64,000 nucleotides of DNA, taken from assembly GCF_018977255.1 (NCBI RefSeq), contig NW_024704743.1:14820001-14884000 (forward strand). The letters run 5' to 3'. The number at the start of each line of letters is the position of its first letter. Within the stretch, counting starts at the first letter, position 1. The DNA comes from Callorhinchus milii. Its lineage: Eukaryota. The notes below the pieces were generated by a model. The model did no database searches. It saw only the letters and a list, made by a program, of their open reading frames with translations, and had not been told where the DNA came from. This document shows positions 37,781 through 50,577 of the stretch, in pieces. The translations under genes and the position numbers were made by a program.

Positions 37781-39799
37781 AGGCTCAGACACTAGACTAT
37801 TGAGACCAGCGTAGAAGATCGACTCGATTTCCACATTCCTTTTTCAGGCACATAATCATGGAACCAGTTCAACACCAAAGACTTGCCTTCCCCCCCACTC
37901 CCAGGAGGATTGTAAGTTGTTTACAAAAACAGTCACTGCACTTGCCATTAATTACTTGTAAAGCACCTTCAGATGTTTCAACATGATAAGACAGTTATAT
38001 AACTTCCCATTTTGGATAAAGATGTCACATTAGCTCAGTTGACTGAAGACTGTGGTTTCAAGCTCCATGGGTGGGCCATGAACATCCAATCTAGATTGAG
38101 ACTCGAGTGAAGTACTGGGAGAATACTGCATTGTCAGAGGCGCCATCCTTCATCTGTGTTTGCCCACAAATACTCAGTCACTAAATTTAAAAGTAATTAG
38201 AGATGATTCAAAGTGATAAGGCTCATTATAGTCTCTGAGGCTGCTCACTGAACTGTGGACTCGAAAGCATTCACAGATAATTAAACATTGGTCTGAGAAT
38301 GGTGAAAGAACACTGTACATTTTACATGTAATCCTGAAATCAATGTTTCAAATGGTATCTATCGATGGGAAATTCCGTAATTTATAGTTTAATGGTGAGG
38401 CATTTATAAATGAACAATGATCTTTAAAAATATCAAATCTTTAACTCTTCAAATCGCAGAATGAGCTGAGGTTGGTATCTCTGGCAGGGCAACAGCTGGG
38501 GTGCGACAATTGGCCTCAGTGTTGTAGCTTTGCTAATGATATGAAAGTAGCATTTCTATTCAGGATAATATACAAAAGTGAAGGAGGCCGGAGTCAGCCT
38601 AAAAGTGACAGTGGGTTGTGGAGAGGGGTGTAAGCAGGTCGGAGAGGTCGGGAGGTTGGTGCCAGGTCATGAAGGGATTTGTAGACAAGTGTGAGGATCT
38701 TGAAGTCTCATCTGAAGTCCGGCACTTTCGACAATACTCCTCCCAGTACTGCATTGCAGTGTCAGTTTAGAATTATCAAAGTCCCAACATTGGTTTTAAA
38801 CCCAGTCTTCTGTGCCTGTTCATGGCTGTTTGTGGGACATTTCTGGGTGCAAATTGGCTGCCGTGTTCGCCAGTAAATACATAGGTCACCAAACTTTACC
38901 ATAAATCCTGTGAAGCATTTTGCAACATTTTGTTTGCATATTAAGGCGCTACACCAAATGCAAACAATATTATAAAGAGGTTTGATTTTAAGTTAATGAT
39001 CACCAAAATCATCTCAACAAATTTTCCTTGCAACCTCCAGAGAACCTGTCACTATTCCTCCAGAAAACGATTACCCTATACATTGTTTAGTAGACCTATA
39101 TATTCTAGGTGATATACAGTGGTTTGATGTTGGGCTAACTATATCTTAATGAACTCAACATGAATAGTCTCACTCCTCTCTGAAGATCTGCACTGTTGGC
39201 TTATTTTTATTTCTTACTAGCTGCATTCCCTTTGCTCTCTTATGTTTAATTAGACTGCCATTGTTTCATTTTCTCCAAGAAATTGATTAATTTTAAATGT
39301 ATAAAGACCTCATTCTGTCTTGGTCTGTGAAATTCAGGCATCTGTTGTTTTGCTTAAGAAGCATTTAGGGAATAAATACATTTCTAAGGACCTGTGATCT
39401 ACTTCATCTCTTTTTTTTTTGTTGGGCACTTTACATAATCACTTTATTCCTGTCTTTTATTACATAGAATTACACAGAATGATATGGAATGGAAATGGCA
39501 ATTGAGCCCAACAACAACAACATTAAATTTGTATGTCACCTTTCACATCGGGGGGATGTCCCAAAGCACTGGACAGAATGTGCACCCGAGCTGGGAGTTT
39601 GGATCAGGAGGGGTGGATGGCAGGGAGAGTTTATCCAGCTAGCACGTGCTGCAGTTTATATCCCACACAAGCCTCCAACCCTTATAATCTCCTCTCCTCA
39701 ATTCCTTTATTGCACTAATTTAGTTTTGGAGAACCTGTCTGCCTTTATTTATGATAGAATATGGACCATGTTGGTGTCTGGAGTGGCTGATGGTTTCTC

Positions 39800-40850
39800 C
39801 TCTAGCCCCCACACCATCTCCAGGCATTCCCCAGGGCTCTGTTCTTGGTCCCCTACTCTTCTATATCTATATGCTCCCTCTTGGTGACATCATCCGCAGA
39901 CATTGGGTCAACTTCCACATGTATGCGGATGACACCCAACTCTACCTCTCTGCCTCCACCCTTGACTCCAGGACCACTGCCGTCTGTTGGACATGAAGTC
40001 CTGGATGAGAGCTAACTTGCTTCAGTTGAACGTCAACAATTTCGAGGCTTTCCTGATTGGCTCCTGTCAGCACCTCCTCACCTTGGCGTCTTCCTTGACC
40101 CTCAACTATCCTTTCGAACCCACATCTGCGTCATGACCCGCTCTGCCTTTGCCTTCGCAACATCGCCCAGCTGTGCCACTGTCTCCCGACGTGAAAGGCG
40201 CTCTATAAATGGAATCTTGTTGTTGTTGTTGTCTCACACTGCAGGCCACCAAAACTCTCATAAACGCTTTCATTACATGGAACCTTGACCGGCCTCCCCA
40301 ACTCCTCCCTCCACAGGCTGCAGATCATCCAGAACTCTGCAGCCCGTGTCCTCTCCCACACCAGGCTCCGTGATCCTATCATCCCCATCCTTGCCTAACT
40401 CCACTGGCTTCCCATCACACAGAGGTTACAGTTCAAGATCCTGGACCTCACCTTCAAAGCCCTCCATGGTCTTGCTCCGCCCTACCTCTGCGACCTCCTA
40501 CCCCTACCATCCTGCTCACTCCCTCTGCTCAGCATGCTCTGGCCTGCTTCACGTCCCCCACCTCACTCGCCCCACTATTGGCGGGCAGGCCTTCTGCCAC
40601 TCTGCCTCCACCATCTGGAACTCCATCCTGCAGTCCCTCCACCTCGCCCCCTCCCTTGCCTCCTTCAAGACCTATTGCAAGACCCTCCTCTTTGACAGTG
40701 CCTTCAGTTACCCTCCTTCCCCCCCATACCCCCCACTCTCCCCAATCCCAACCCCCAGCTCAGGTCCAAAACTCTCTGTCCAGTGCCTTGGGACGTCCTC
40801 CCGACGTGAAAGGAGCTATACAAATGTAATTTTGTTATTGTTGTTGTTGA
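39800..40850 (+). mobile_element. L2 RT-to-tail fragment with a nested 44-bp L2 tail
   Basis: [31 protein letters not shown] motif; tail gggacgtcctcccgacgtgaaaggagctatacaaatg(ttg)n. Confidence 0.95.
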
Positions 40851-41460
40851 TGTCTAGGACATCATTGCGTAGCACGTGGCTATTTATTGCAAGTGGTTAA
40901 CAAATTTAAGACGATTTGTTCTCTTAGTTCACATGTAGACGAGTTGAGGTCATTTGGTCAGGTCATTTGGCCTGTCATCAATTTAATTGCAAGCATGCTC
41001 ATTGAATAATCCTTGATCAGATAATAAAATCCCTTTTGGAAGTTAGAATCATGCCGCGCCATTCAGCCTATGGTGTCTGTGTATGTGCTGCACAGATCCA
41101 TTTTCCTGCTGTTAAATTGAATTCAAATAATGTGCGTAGCCATCCCAGGTGCCTGGGCACAGAATGGTTGCAGGCTGCTGGCATATCCCACTTGTAGTTG
41201 ATGTTTGTAGTTTTACCCACAGCTGTAAGGGGAAGTAGGTAAGATTGACGGGTAAAGAAAATTGAATACTTCTAAAACAAATGCTGGCTGAGACAGCAAT
41301 CATGTTTCAAATAATGCCGCATTCTGGACTGAAAGATAGGGACCTTCTGATTATTCATTTCTGGTACATGAATTAAGCAGAATTTAAACATTTACACATT
41401 GCAACAAAATATCATAGGATTCTTTCTCTAATGTGTTTTGCAATAATCTATCTTCTTCTA

Positions 41461-41913
41461 TCTATATATACTAATAAAACAACAATATCTGTCTGCACTT
41501 CCAGATGGATCTCAATGACCGATTGACATAGAGACATGATATATACCTCATCGGAAAGGTCTTGTAACCAGGAGTGACATGGGCATATTTGTTTTCAGGT
41601 ATCTTCTATCGTTCATGAGATATTTTTAGTTTTGCATTTTTCGCTGCAGTTACACCTGGTGGCCACGCTGGCTGACCATGGCTCTGTGGCATCCTTTGTC
41701 ACAGAGCACGCACGGAGTCAAGTGGCGGGAACAAAATAAAGAACACAGACGAAGTTAAGCCGCAGCAATATCAACAACATTTTATTTTTAAAGCCCTACC
41801 ACTGAGTCCTCCCAGGTGCGTAAAGATAAAGATGAAATGTCTGTCTGTGTATCAATCTACATTCCATATTGGATCCTTTGGTTGCAAGCATAGCTGCAAC
41901 GGGTACATCTATG
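41461..41913 (+). mobile_element. Non-autonomous Helitron
   Basis: 5' end A|TCTATATATACTAATAAAA; subterminal hairpin GTTGCA-agcatagc-TGCAAC followed by gggtacatctat (decayed CTAG); no TSD. Confidence 0.7.
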
Positions 41914-42559
41914 TTTCTTTTTTGTTCATGATTGTTTGACATGATTGAAGTAAATTAATTGCTGGTTCTCAGATTTTGGGAAGACTGATTATTCTTGAAA
42001 CATCTGTGGGGTAGAAGAATAGTCCCATCAAATCTTAAAAACGTTCTTTCTTATCTCTGCAGTTGTTTCGTCTATGTTGCTGGAATTGGCTCTATGAATG
42101 TTTGTAGGGCATTGTTGTGTTCAAATTGGCTACCATATTTGGCCACAAACATCACAAACACTGCACTTTACCATATATCCTGTGAAACATTTTGGGATGT
42201 TCTCCTGGCATGAAAGGGGCTATACCACATGCAAGAATTATTTATTATTATTTAAGTTTGAGGACGAAGACAACATGATAGCAAGTTCAGTTCAATTAAC
42301 GGAGCATGTAGTCTTCTGTTAATACATTCAACACAGATCTTTAATGGGTTATTGTCTTATTCAAAGGGTGGTATCTCTAATAATGCAGCGCACCCCAGCA
42401 CCGCACTCAAATGTCAGCCTGGAATATGAGCTCAAATTAACTGGAGTACAGCAAGCAATTCGGGACATGATTATAAAGCGGATATCTGAGTTATGGAAAG
42501 GGCATACATAGTTCAGGTTCACATAAATGATACCAAGTATCAATCTATAAAGTATGACT

Positions 42560-42900
42560 CATGCTTGGTATCACTGGGGCTTTTTTCACCAGAACAGAAA
42601 AGCCTAAGGGGGAATCTAATAGAGGTTTTCAAAATACTGACAGGTTTCGAGAGTTTAAATAGTGGAAGATTATTCCCACTGGTTGATGAATCAGTAACCA
42701 AATGAATTTCACAAGTCAAAGGGAAGGTTAGTGGATTATTTTCATATCGAGGGTAATTAGAATGTTTTGTCACAAGTCACCATTGCAACTGAGTCAATCC
42801 CAAGATTTACAAGAGAAATTGATCAGCCTTTAAAGAGGAACACTACTGAAGGGTATAAGAAATAGCAGGGAAGTGGATTTCCGGTAGTTATCTTCAGCGA
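42560..42900 (+). mobile_element. Decayed CR1 3' fragment
   Basis: LGLFSPEQKSLRGNLIEVFKILTGF..LFPLV resembles the CR1 LGLFSLE.RRLRGDLIEVFKI motif. Confidence 0.85.
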
Positions 42901-44777
42901 GGGATGATGATGGAATCAATTAATCCTTTTTTGATTTGTAATTGCTATTTACTGAGAAATAGCTTGTAAATAAATCCTTTGTACTACTTTTTAATATAGT
43001 CTAATCCAGAAATGAGAGAGACACAGAGAGAATAGATCTTGGTGGAATTTCTCTTCATTCATTTGATTTTGAGTTTTGATTGTAAGTGCTGAGGGTAAAT
43101 ATTTTGAGGTATTGGAATATGATAGGCAGACTTAAAATAATTGACCCTGTGTAAATAACTGGCAAAAGTGATGCATTTATGTCCAGGATGATATCCCTTT
43201 ACTGTTTAAACCCATGTTAAAATACAGGCTGTGTTAATAGTGCAGCTGAAACAACCTCCCTGCTTAAATTGCAGTTTTCTTCATTGCGTAGTTATTTATG
43301 AATAGAGTGCACAAAGGCCTCTGTTTGCCTTGCGGGCAGTGTGATTTAATTATTTAATGCCCTGGCTACATTATCCTGTGGAACACAGCAGCATCAAGTT
43401 CCAGTCCTGATTCTGTTCTGCTATGTGATCACAGAAAGTTGGTCTCTGCAACTGGTTTATAGGCTCTTTACTAAACTAGGCAGATGGGCTGGGAATTGGT
43501 TTGAAAATATGCAAGAAGGAGAAAATCAGAGAATAAGTGTTTGTTAAAGGCTGCCGCATTCCTCGTTTGGTGGTGGTGATGGTAGTGGGAGATGAAATGA
43601 GACAACCCAGTCTGGCTCAAACCTTCTGAAGCAAATCAAAGGGGACTTAGGTCAGAGCGAAGTTCACCTGCCCCCTCAACAATAGGGACCAAACATCCAT
43701 GTTCACAACAGACTAACAGCTGCCAGCTCAGCTCCTCTGAGGCTATTCTTTAACTAGTCACTGGGATGTTTGCCTGAGCTGCCCAGGGTGGTGTGGCTTC
43801 TTTAGTTTGATGCCTTAGAGGGAAGAAATTTGCTTTTGGTTGTACCTTTTCCTGATACGATCCAAAGTGTGTGCTACTGCTCTGTGGCACAGCACATTAG
43901 TGTGCCAAAGTGTACTCTACTGGACTAGCCATATTTGAAGGTTTCCTTACCAATGCAACGACATATTTATGTAGCACCTTTCACATAGAGTAACGTCTTG
44001 AAGCACTTTACGTGGTAGGGAAGAATATTGAGCACAGTCGAAGAGGTAGGTTTTCAGGCAGGCATGAAGACAGAGAGCAGGCAAAACAGAGGGGTCAAGG
44101 GAAGGAGTTCCAGAAGTTAGGGGTGCAGAATTTGAAGCTTAGCCACCAATGGGGGTATGGTTAATGTGTTGGATCCACAGCAAGTCTGAGCTATCCATGC
44201 AGAGGCAGAGATAAGAGAAGTGATGTAAGAGATCAGAGAGATATAGGGAGATGCTAAAGCATGAAGGGATTTATAGATGAGGGGAAATTGATCCACCGAG
44301 ACATAGGGAGTCAGTGGAGCCTGGCAAGGACTGGGAGATGGACATGCGGAGTTGGGTTTGGGTGAGGTTGTGGGTAGCTTAGTTTTGGATACATTTTGGA
44401 TAACATATACACCAAACTTTTCTTACAATGTTTGAGGTCCTACAAGACAATTGCTATTTCAATTTCCTGTGATGTGCACAGGCAAAGTATTGCATTGATG
44501 ACACGCTGAAGGTTAGTTGTTCATTGGTTTGAGTGCTTCAATTTATTTTGAAGGTTTATTCAAGTCTCGGAACTTTGCTCTATTATATCACATTTGAAAA
44601 TGACAGGCCTTTACTGGGAGCTTTCCGGTCAGCCTGTCATTGTACTGATGCAGTGAACAGCTGGAGCTCAGAACTGCTCAGATCATTCGAGTGACTCTCA
44701 GGGTTTTTTTTCAGGTGCACTTCATACAGAAATACATGTCGGTGAATTTGAATCATCCCATTCTCTGTCCAGCTCAC

Positions 44778-44841
44778 CTTCGTATGACAGTATATTTTAA
44801 TGTTGCTAGCAGATGCCAAAGACACCAGCATGTCAGCGACA
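44778..44841 (-). CDS. Candidate exon (64 nt, phase 2 to 0): VADMLVSLASASNIKIYCHTK
   Basis: Acceptor gtccttccactgcag|, strong donor AAG|gtgagc. Phases fit exons 45877-46020 and 23313-23390. An alternative acceptor exists at 44868. Confidence 0.5.
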
Positions 44842-45876
44842 CTGCAGTGGAAGGACTGTCACTTGCACCTGCACAGCGAAAGGTTACCCCTCTTTCTCTT
44901 CTCAACAGCATTTATTTTTGAACACTCAGTGTATTTTGGGCTCTCATCTTTTGGTGACAGTCCACTCCAGCAACCACTACAGACTTACTTAAATTCATTA
45001 AATAAAAGAAAATGGCATAAGAGGGTTGAAAGTTGTAATGTTGGTGACACCTTGCCATTGGAAAATGCTCCTTGCAATTTAAAGAGCTTTTTCCGCTGGG
45101 AACTCCTCTCCCCCACGCCCACCACCACTCCCCATACACCACGTCAACTCATGAGACCTCGGCTCCAAGGCAATCTGATAAGGTAGTCCAGTCTGTACAA
45201 TAACTCATACCTTCTGGTGTCTAATCAAAGGGTTATTGACCCAGGTCTGAGTGAAGAATAACCTCCTACCCCTCAATAACAACATGGATTAGAGGAGAAA
45301 CCGTTTGTGAAGATGAAGTAACAGTAAATTCAGTTTACAATATATTCTGTAAAGCTCTTTGAGATGTTTTAACAATGTGATAAGGTGCTTATATCAAATG
45401 TAAGGAGTATTATTAGTTTATAACAAAGGTCAGAAGTACCATTTTCCCAATCCTCTAACAGCTGGTGTGACATTCAGGGGGTTCTCTTCCCTTCAAAAAA
45501 TTGTTTCACATTCTGACTTGCTGTCTCAGTGGCCAGACACCAGCAATGTTATCGTTTTCTTGGGAAAGTGCTTTTCCAACCCTGGAGAAAGCTGGTTTTG
45601 CTTTGTTTTATATTTGGTATTAATAATAACAACATGTAGCAAACAAGTATTATAACAACAAATGTCTCAACAGAATTGACTCTGGTGTTTGCTGAGAGCG
45701 CTGCAGGTCCTGGGGGACTACAGTATTGCTAGCCACTGGCAGGCAAGTCACAGAATTCCCATAATCTAATGCATGCTCCAGCAGCCTTAGTTCAGTAAAC
45801 AATTTTAGCCGTATAGTTTAATGTCTGCCTACAAGGGCTGCCAGCAAACTAGGCAACAATGCTACCTCAGAGATAC

Positions 45877-46020
45877 CGCTTGGCAGGAAAGCTGGCGTGT
45901 GCAGCTATTGTTTTCTCTGCAGTATTTTTTGATTGATGATAAGTTGTGCAGCGCTTGTATGGAATTCTGACTTCACTAAGCAACTTTGTGGCAGTCCTTT
46001 GGATATAATTATGCAGAAAC
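45877..46020 (-). CDS. Candidate exon (144 nt, phase 2 to 2): FLHNYIQRTATKLLSEVRIPYKRCTTYHQSKNTAEKTIAAHASFPAK(R)
   Basis: Acceptor ttattaattgtcag|, donor GCG|gtatct. The other two frames are closed. Lies within ORF 45867..46082(-). Confidence 0.55.
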
Positions 46021-46119
46021 CTGACAATTAATAAATTACCCATATAATAAGGATATATATATATAATAATATAACTTGGCATAAAATTCTCAGTTTATCG
46101 GGGGGAAAAAAAATATTTT

Positions 46120-46292
46120 TCTGAACTGGCTCAATCTCGGTAGTCCAGTTCCCGAGCCAGGCTGGTTCGCAGTATTCCAGGGCACAGCACAGCCAGCCTG
46201 GCTCATCAACAGGACTTGGAAGGGCAGACCAGTCACTTGGGACAAAAAATCATCCCACTCAGCTCCTGTTAACCCTGCAAGCCAAAGCCCCA
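46120..46292 (+). repeat. Unclassified repeat, copy 4 (5' part)
   Basis: gtattccagggcac..cctggctcatcaacaggacttggaagggcagaccagtcac..ctcagctcctgttaaccctgcaagcc. Confidence 0.85.
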
Positions 46293-46397
46293 ACTTCAAC
46301 CTTTCTCATCCTACTACTTATATATTCCCCTTACATAGGTGACAAGAACTAGTAAACCGTTCAGGCAACAGCTTTGAAAAGAAATTCCTTGCTGTGA

Positions 46398-46730
46398 TTT
46401 TTTTTTAGTCAGCCGGGTGTCTGACACACGCGGAAACCCATCACAATGATTAAGAGTATCCAAGAGTATTGCTGGGCTTGTAGGATTAACAGGGGCTGAG
46501 TGGGATGACTCCCTGCCCCCAGTGACTGGTCTGCCCTTCCAAGTCCTGCCAACAAGCCAGATACGCTGTTCTGTCATCAGCAGAGCCTTGGAATATTGTT
46601 GCCCAGGAGCTGGACTACCGTGCCTGCCAAAGAGGGTGGGCTCGATTCTCACATTCTGTTGCCAAACTTGTCACTTTTGGACCAGTTCAGCTCCAAGGAG
46701 ACCAAGACTAACCCACACACCCCCACCCCC
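46398..46730 (-). repeat. Unclassified repeat, copy 5 (internally deleted, with poly(A) end)
   Basis: Minus strand ends gatgggtttccgcgtgtgtcagacacccggctgact followed by an A run. Confidence 0.85.
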
Positions 46731-47499
46731 CCGCCCACCCAAGGAGGATAGTCCCTGCTGTAATAAAATCCCAACTTTAATCCCTTTCATGCCAAAACCA
46801 TTGAATGCCCTGTGGACCCCTTGGATGCCATTCCCAGTCCAATTCAAAAGTACTTCCCACTTTTATCCAGGTTTTATAGAGAGATAGGAACAATTCAGAA
46901 TTCTCTGTTTTATTTACAAACTGAAGAGACTACAGTTAATTGCTTCAGAAACTTTTAAACCAAGAAAACAAACTTATCTTTGGATTAAAGAAGCCAATAA
47001 TTAAGTTCCTTTAGAGCTGAGAAGCCACTGATAAGTAAATCAATGAGTCTCTCTGCTAATTAGAACACAGAAGCGATTTGAATGTTATGTCAGGAATTCT
47101 GACTCATGTTACAGATACAGACCGATACTCAGATATAAGAACAAACTGTCTGATACATCACACTAGCATTCAAGTTTGAATACTAGAAATATATACACAG
47201 TGCCATTCATTGTACTTGAATTTGCATTCTAGGTTGACACCCCAGTGCAGTACTGGAGGATTGCTGCATCGCCAGAAGTGGAATCCTTTAGATGAATCCT
47301 TCCTTCAAGCTTTTCGAAACGCCGTCCGGCGAGGAGGGTGCTATATAAATCGAAGTTGTTGCTGCTGTTGAGACATTAAACCAAAGTCCGTCTGCTTGTT
47401 CAGGTGGATGTCACAGAGAAAATAACTCAAAGATGTCGCAGAGAAAAATTGCAACACTATTCATATCACTACCAGCATGGTTGCCAAATAGCTGTGCAA

Positions 47500-47775
47500 A
47501 CTTAAGATAAATAAATCTCAGAGGCCAGATAAATTGCATCCGAGGATCCAGAACTAAGAGAGCAAGTCACAAAAACTCTGTGCAAATCTTTCAAAAATCA
47601 CTGAGTACTGAAGGGGTGCTGAGGGGCTAGAGAAAGGCAGATGTTACTCCTCGTTTTCAAAAAGGTAATAAAAGTGACTCAGGAAACTACAGACCAGTAA
47701 GTTTGACGTCCATATTAAGGATAAAATCATGGAGCATCTGGACAGAAATAAAATTATAGGGAGACGGTTGAAGCA
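47500..47775 (+). mobile_element. CR1 RT N-terminal fragment
   Basis: IFQKSLSTEGV..RKADVTP.FKKGNKSDSGNYRPVSLTSI motif. Confidence 0.85.
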
Positions 47776-48034
47776 GAAAGTGTTGATTATTTCAAACATA
47801 GATTGGATAGTTTTCCTTTAGGTAATAACATTATTGGATATAGTACATAGGTAGTTTGGGACATATGTGCATGCCAGGAAGATGGAAGGCGAACTAGATG
47901 GACCTTGGTCTTTTCTCGTCTAGCATTTCTTATGTTCTTATGGATGTTCAGGTGGATGTCACTATTCAAAAAGAGAAAGGAGTTTGTCCCGGTGTCCTGA
48001 CCAACAATCCTCTAGTGTTTCATTCATCTCCTGT

Positions 48035-48680
48035 ATGTTTAAAAACAGCCGTCATCACCCCGGTCCTCATAAAACTTTCCCTAAACACAATCCTGCTCTC
48101 AAATTACCGCCCCGTCTCCAACATCCCTTTCCAAGGTCCTTGAATGAATCGTTGCTTCCCAGCTTCGCTCCTTCCTCTCCTGCTACCTCCTAAACAAACC
48201 CTTCCAATTGAGTTTCCGTGCTGCCCACAGCACAGAAACAGTCCTGGTCAAAGTGACAAATAATGATCCGTCCACCTGTGACCTCCCTCTGTCTCCTCAT
48301 CTTCCTTGACCTCTTTACTGCCTTTGATACCGTTTATCATTCTATCCTCCTCCATGGCCTCTCCTCTCACCTCAACCTTCATGGCTCTGCCCTTGAGTGA
48401 TTCAGATCCTACCTTTCACACCATCGCCACATGCTTTCAGCCTTTCTACCCCCACCCTTTGGAATTCCATTCCACATTCCCTTCACCTCGCTCCCTCTCT
48501 TGCCTTCTTCAAGGCAGGTCTCAAGACCCTCCTCTTTGACCTTCGGCCACCCCCCCTATCCTCCTTGCCCTCAATTCTCTCTGACTCCAAACCCCCTTCT
48601 TGGGTCTAAATCCCTGACTGTCCAACGCCTTGGGACGTCCTCCCAACGTGAAAGGTGCGATACAAATGTAATTTTGTTAA
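48035..48680 (+). mobile_element. Internally deleted L2 fragment
   Basis: KTAVITPVL..LSNYRPVSNIPF and FRAAHSTETVLVKVTN, joined to the LWNSIP..KTLLFD end and tail. Confidence 0.9.
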
Positions 48681-49178
48681 TTTTATATTGAATTATTTGT
48701 GTGTTCTTCCTTTAATCATACTGGCTGCTGTGTTTGTCTACAGAAATAAACATGACAAAAAAGGTCCCTGTAAAACCCTCTGAAACATTTCAACATACCA
48801 AATCATATGGAAGGATTTTTATTAATAGATATTGTGTCTTACATGCAAAAGTTTAGGATCAAACAGTGGAGTCAGCAGCCAAGTGTTGGAGTACATCCTA
48901 CCTTACCTCTACCAAATGAATTAAGAATTAAATTAATTGGTCACATTGGTAAATGTTAATCTGAATGAAAAAGGAATTACTCAACTAACAGCAGTCCTAA
49001 ATATTACTGTCTGAAAACACTTGGCAAGCAACAATCACGGCAGGAGCTTGGGAATTAGCAGCCATGTGAGTGGTGGCCATTGTCCGCCTATTGCTAGAAC
49101 TTGCTGATTGTGGAAAAGGATTGGAATTTGCAGAAGTGCTTATGTTTCAATTTGGGTCCTATATATTATCTCCTGTAC

Positions 49179-49332
49179 CTTGGCGGAAGTCTGCTTTGGC
49201 ACGGATATCAAACTGAGTTTTACATTGCTGGTCCCTTGTGTCAGGAAATCAGATAAGATGATCCTAAGCAATGCAGCTGTCGTCTGGTATATACAATTTG
49301 ATATGGTAGCCTGGCAGAGGCCAGCTATGCGT
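49179..49332 (-). CDS. Candidate exon (154 nt, phase 2 to 0): RIAGLCQATISNCIYQTTAALLRIILSDFLTQGTSNVKLSLISVPKQTSAK
   Basis: Acceptor tttctatgtttctaatgcatag|, donor AAG|gtacag, only open frame. Entry phase fits exon 56289-56439, but the exit phase does not fit 45877-46020 directly. Confidence 0.4.
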
Positions 49333-50374
49333 CTATGCATTAGAAACATAGAAATTGAGAGCAGCTGTCTCTGTCATTGCTGGGAGCGAGGCTGACCTCA
49401 CTCCAGATCATTTTCGGAATCAGCTCTAGTCTTCTGATAGAGTGCAAGAACTGGTTGATTTAAAAGTGGAAATTATTGATAACACTGGCATTTACCTGTC
49501 CAATCTATCAAGGTGATGATCTTTAATGAACAGATAGATACCTTTGCTTGTCCTGCCTCATCTAAGGAACCAAACACTGCCATTTGTCTTGCATGGCTCA
49601 GTGTGCTGGCTGGTACCTCTATTTATAGCTTGCACATACTCCAGTGGGTATTAATAGCGTACACTTTACCAACAAAATTCGAAAGTAAAATGCATCAGAT
49701 GAGCAAACGAACAGGCTACATTCCTTCTTAGTCCATTCATGAGACTCTACAGTATCCCTGTGCAATGAGTTTACACATAGGAAAATGATGAATATTATTT
49801 TCGGTGAAATTATGCATACTGCATCATGTTTGCACTTGTACTGTATAAGAAAGTATGTTTGTGAAGCTGCAAGTAGTGTTTGCTGAATGTACCCAAGGGG
49901 ATAACACAGCCCCATCTGTGTTATATAGAAATGGTGCACCAAGGCAAACAGCCTGAATTTCAGTGTTACTTTAAACAAACCAGAGAGCATCTAAATCTGT
50001 TATCGTTTCTAGTGCTATCTCTCTGAGTAAAATCTGAAGATCACAAAAAGGTTTTGGATGAAGAAGGCCTTCTGCTCATTTGATGTCATCTTTCAAGGTC
50101 AGAAAAATCCTTTGTATATATGGATACTGATGAATGGAATCTTTTGCCTGAAAAAATAAAAACTTGTGAAAACACAAAGGTTGTTCAGAGGTCATTTATA
50201 TAGAGTTACATAGACTGTACCGCACCGAAACAGGCAATTTGGCTCAATTGGTTTGTGCTGGTGCTTGTACACATCTTGATCGCTTTACCTGTCACCCTCC
50301 CATACCCCACTTTCCATTAGTACATCAAGTTTCCTTTTGATGACTTTCGCATAAAAGTAAAATTCAAAACTCCG

Positions 50375-50577
50375 CACCATGGGATCTTTAACATCCACCA
50401 GAACAGGCAGATGGGTCCTCGGTTTAACATCTGATCAGAAAGACAGCACCTCCAACAATGCAGCACACCCCAACACTGCACTGGAGTGTTAGCATAGACT
50501 ACATGAGTTCAATGTTCTCACATGGGGCTTGAACCCACAAATCTTTGAGGCGAGAATGCTATTAACTGAGCCAGGCT
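50375..50577 (-). mobile_element. Deu-domain SINE 5' half
   Basis: catgggatctttaacatccacc..ggtttaacatc..cactgcactggagtgttag..ggggcttgaacccac. Confidence 0.8.

Noticed and set aside
38233..38300. Second Penelope/hammerhead-like relic (ctgagg..ctcgaaagc)
   Set aside because: The core box and stem II are too degenerate to support a call.
41112..41223. Strong minus-strand acceptor (cttccccttacag|) as a further exon
   Set aside because: No convincing donor before the in-frame stops.
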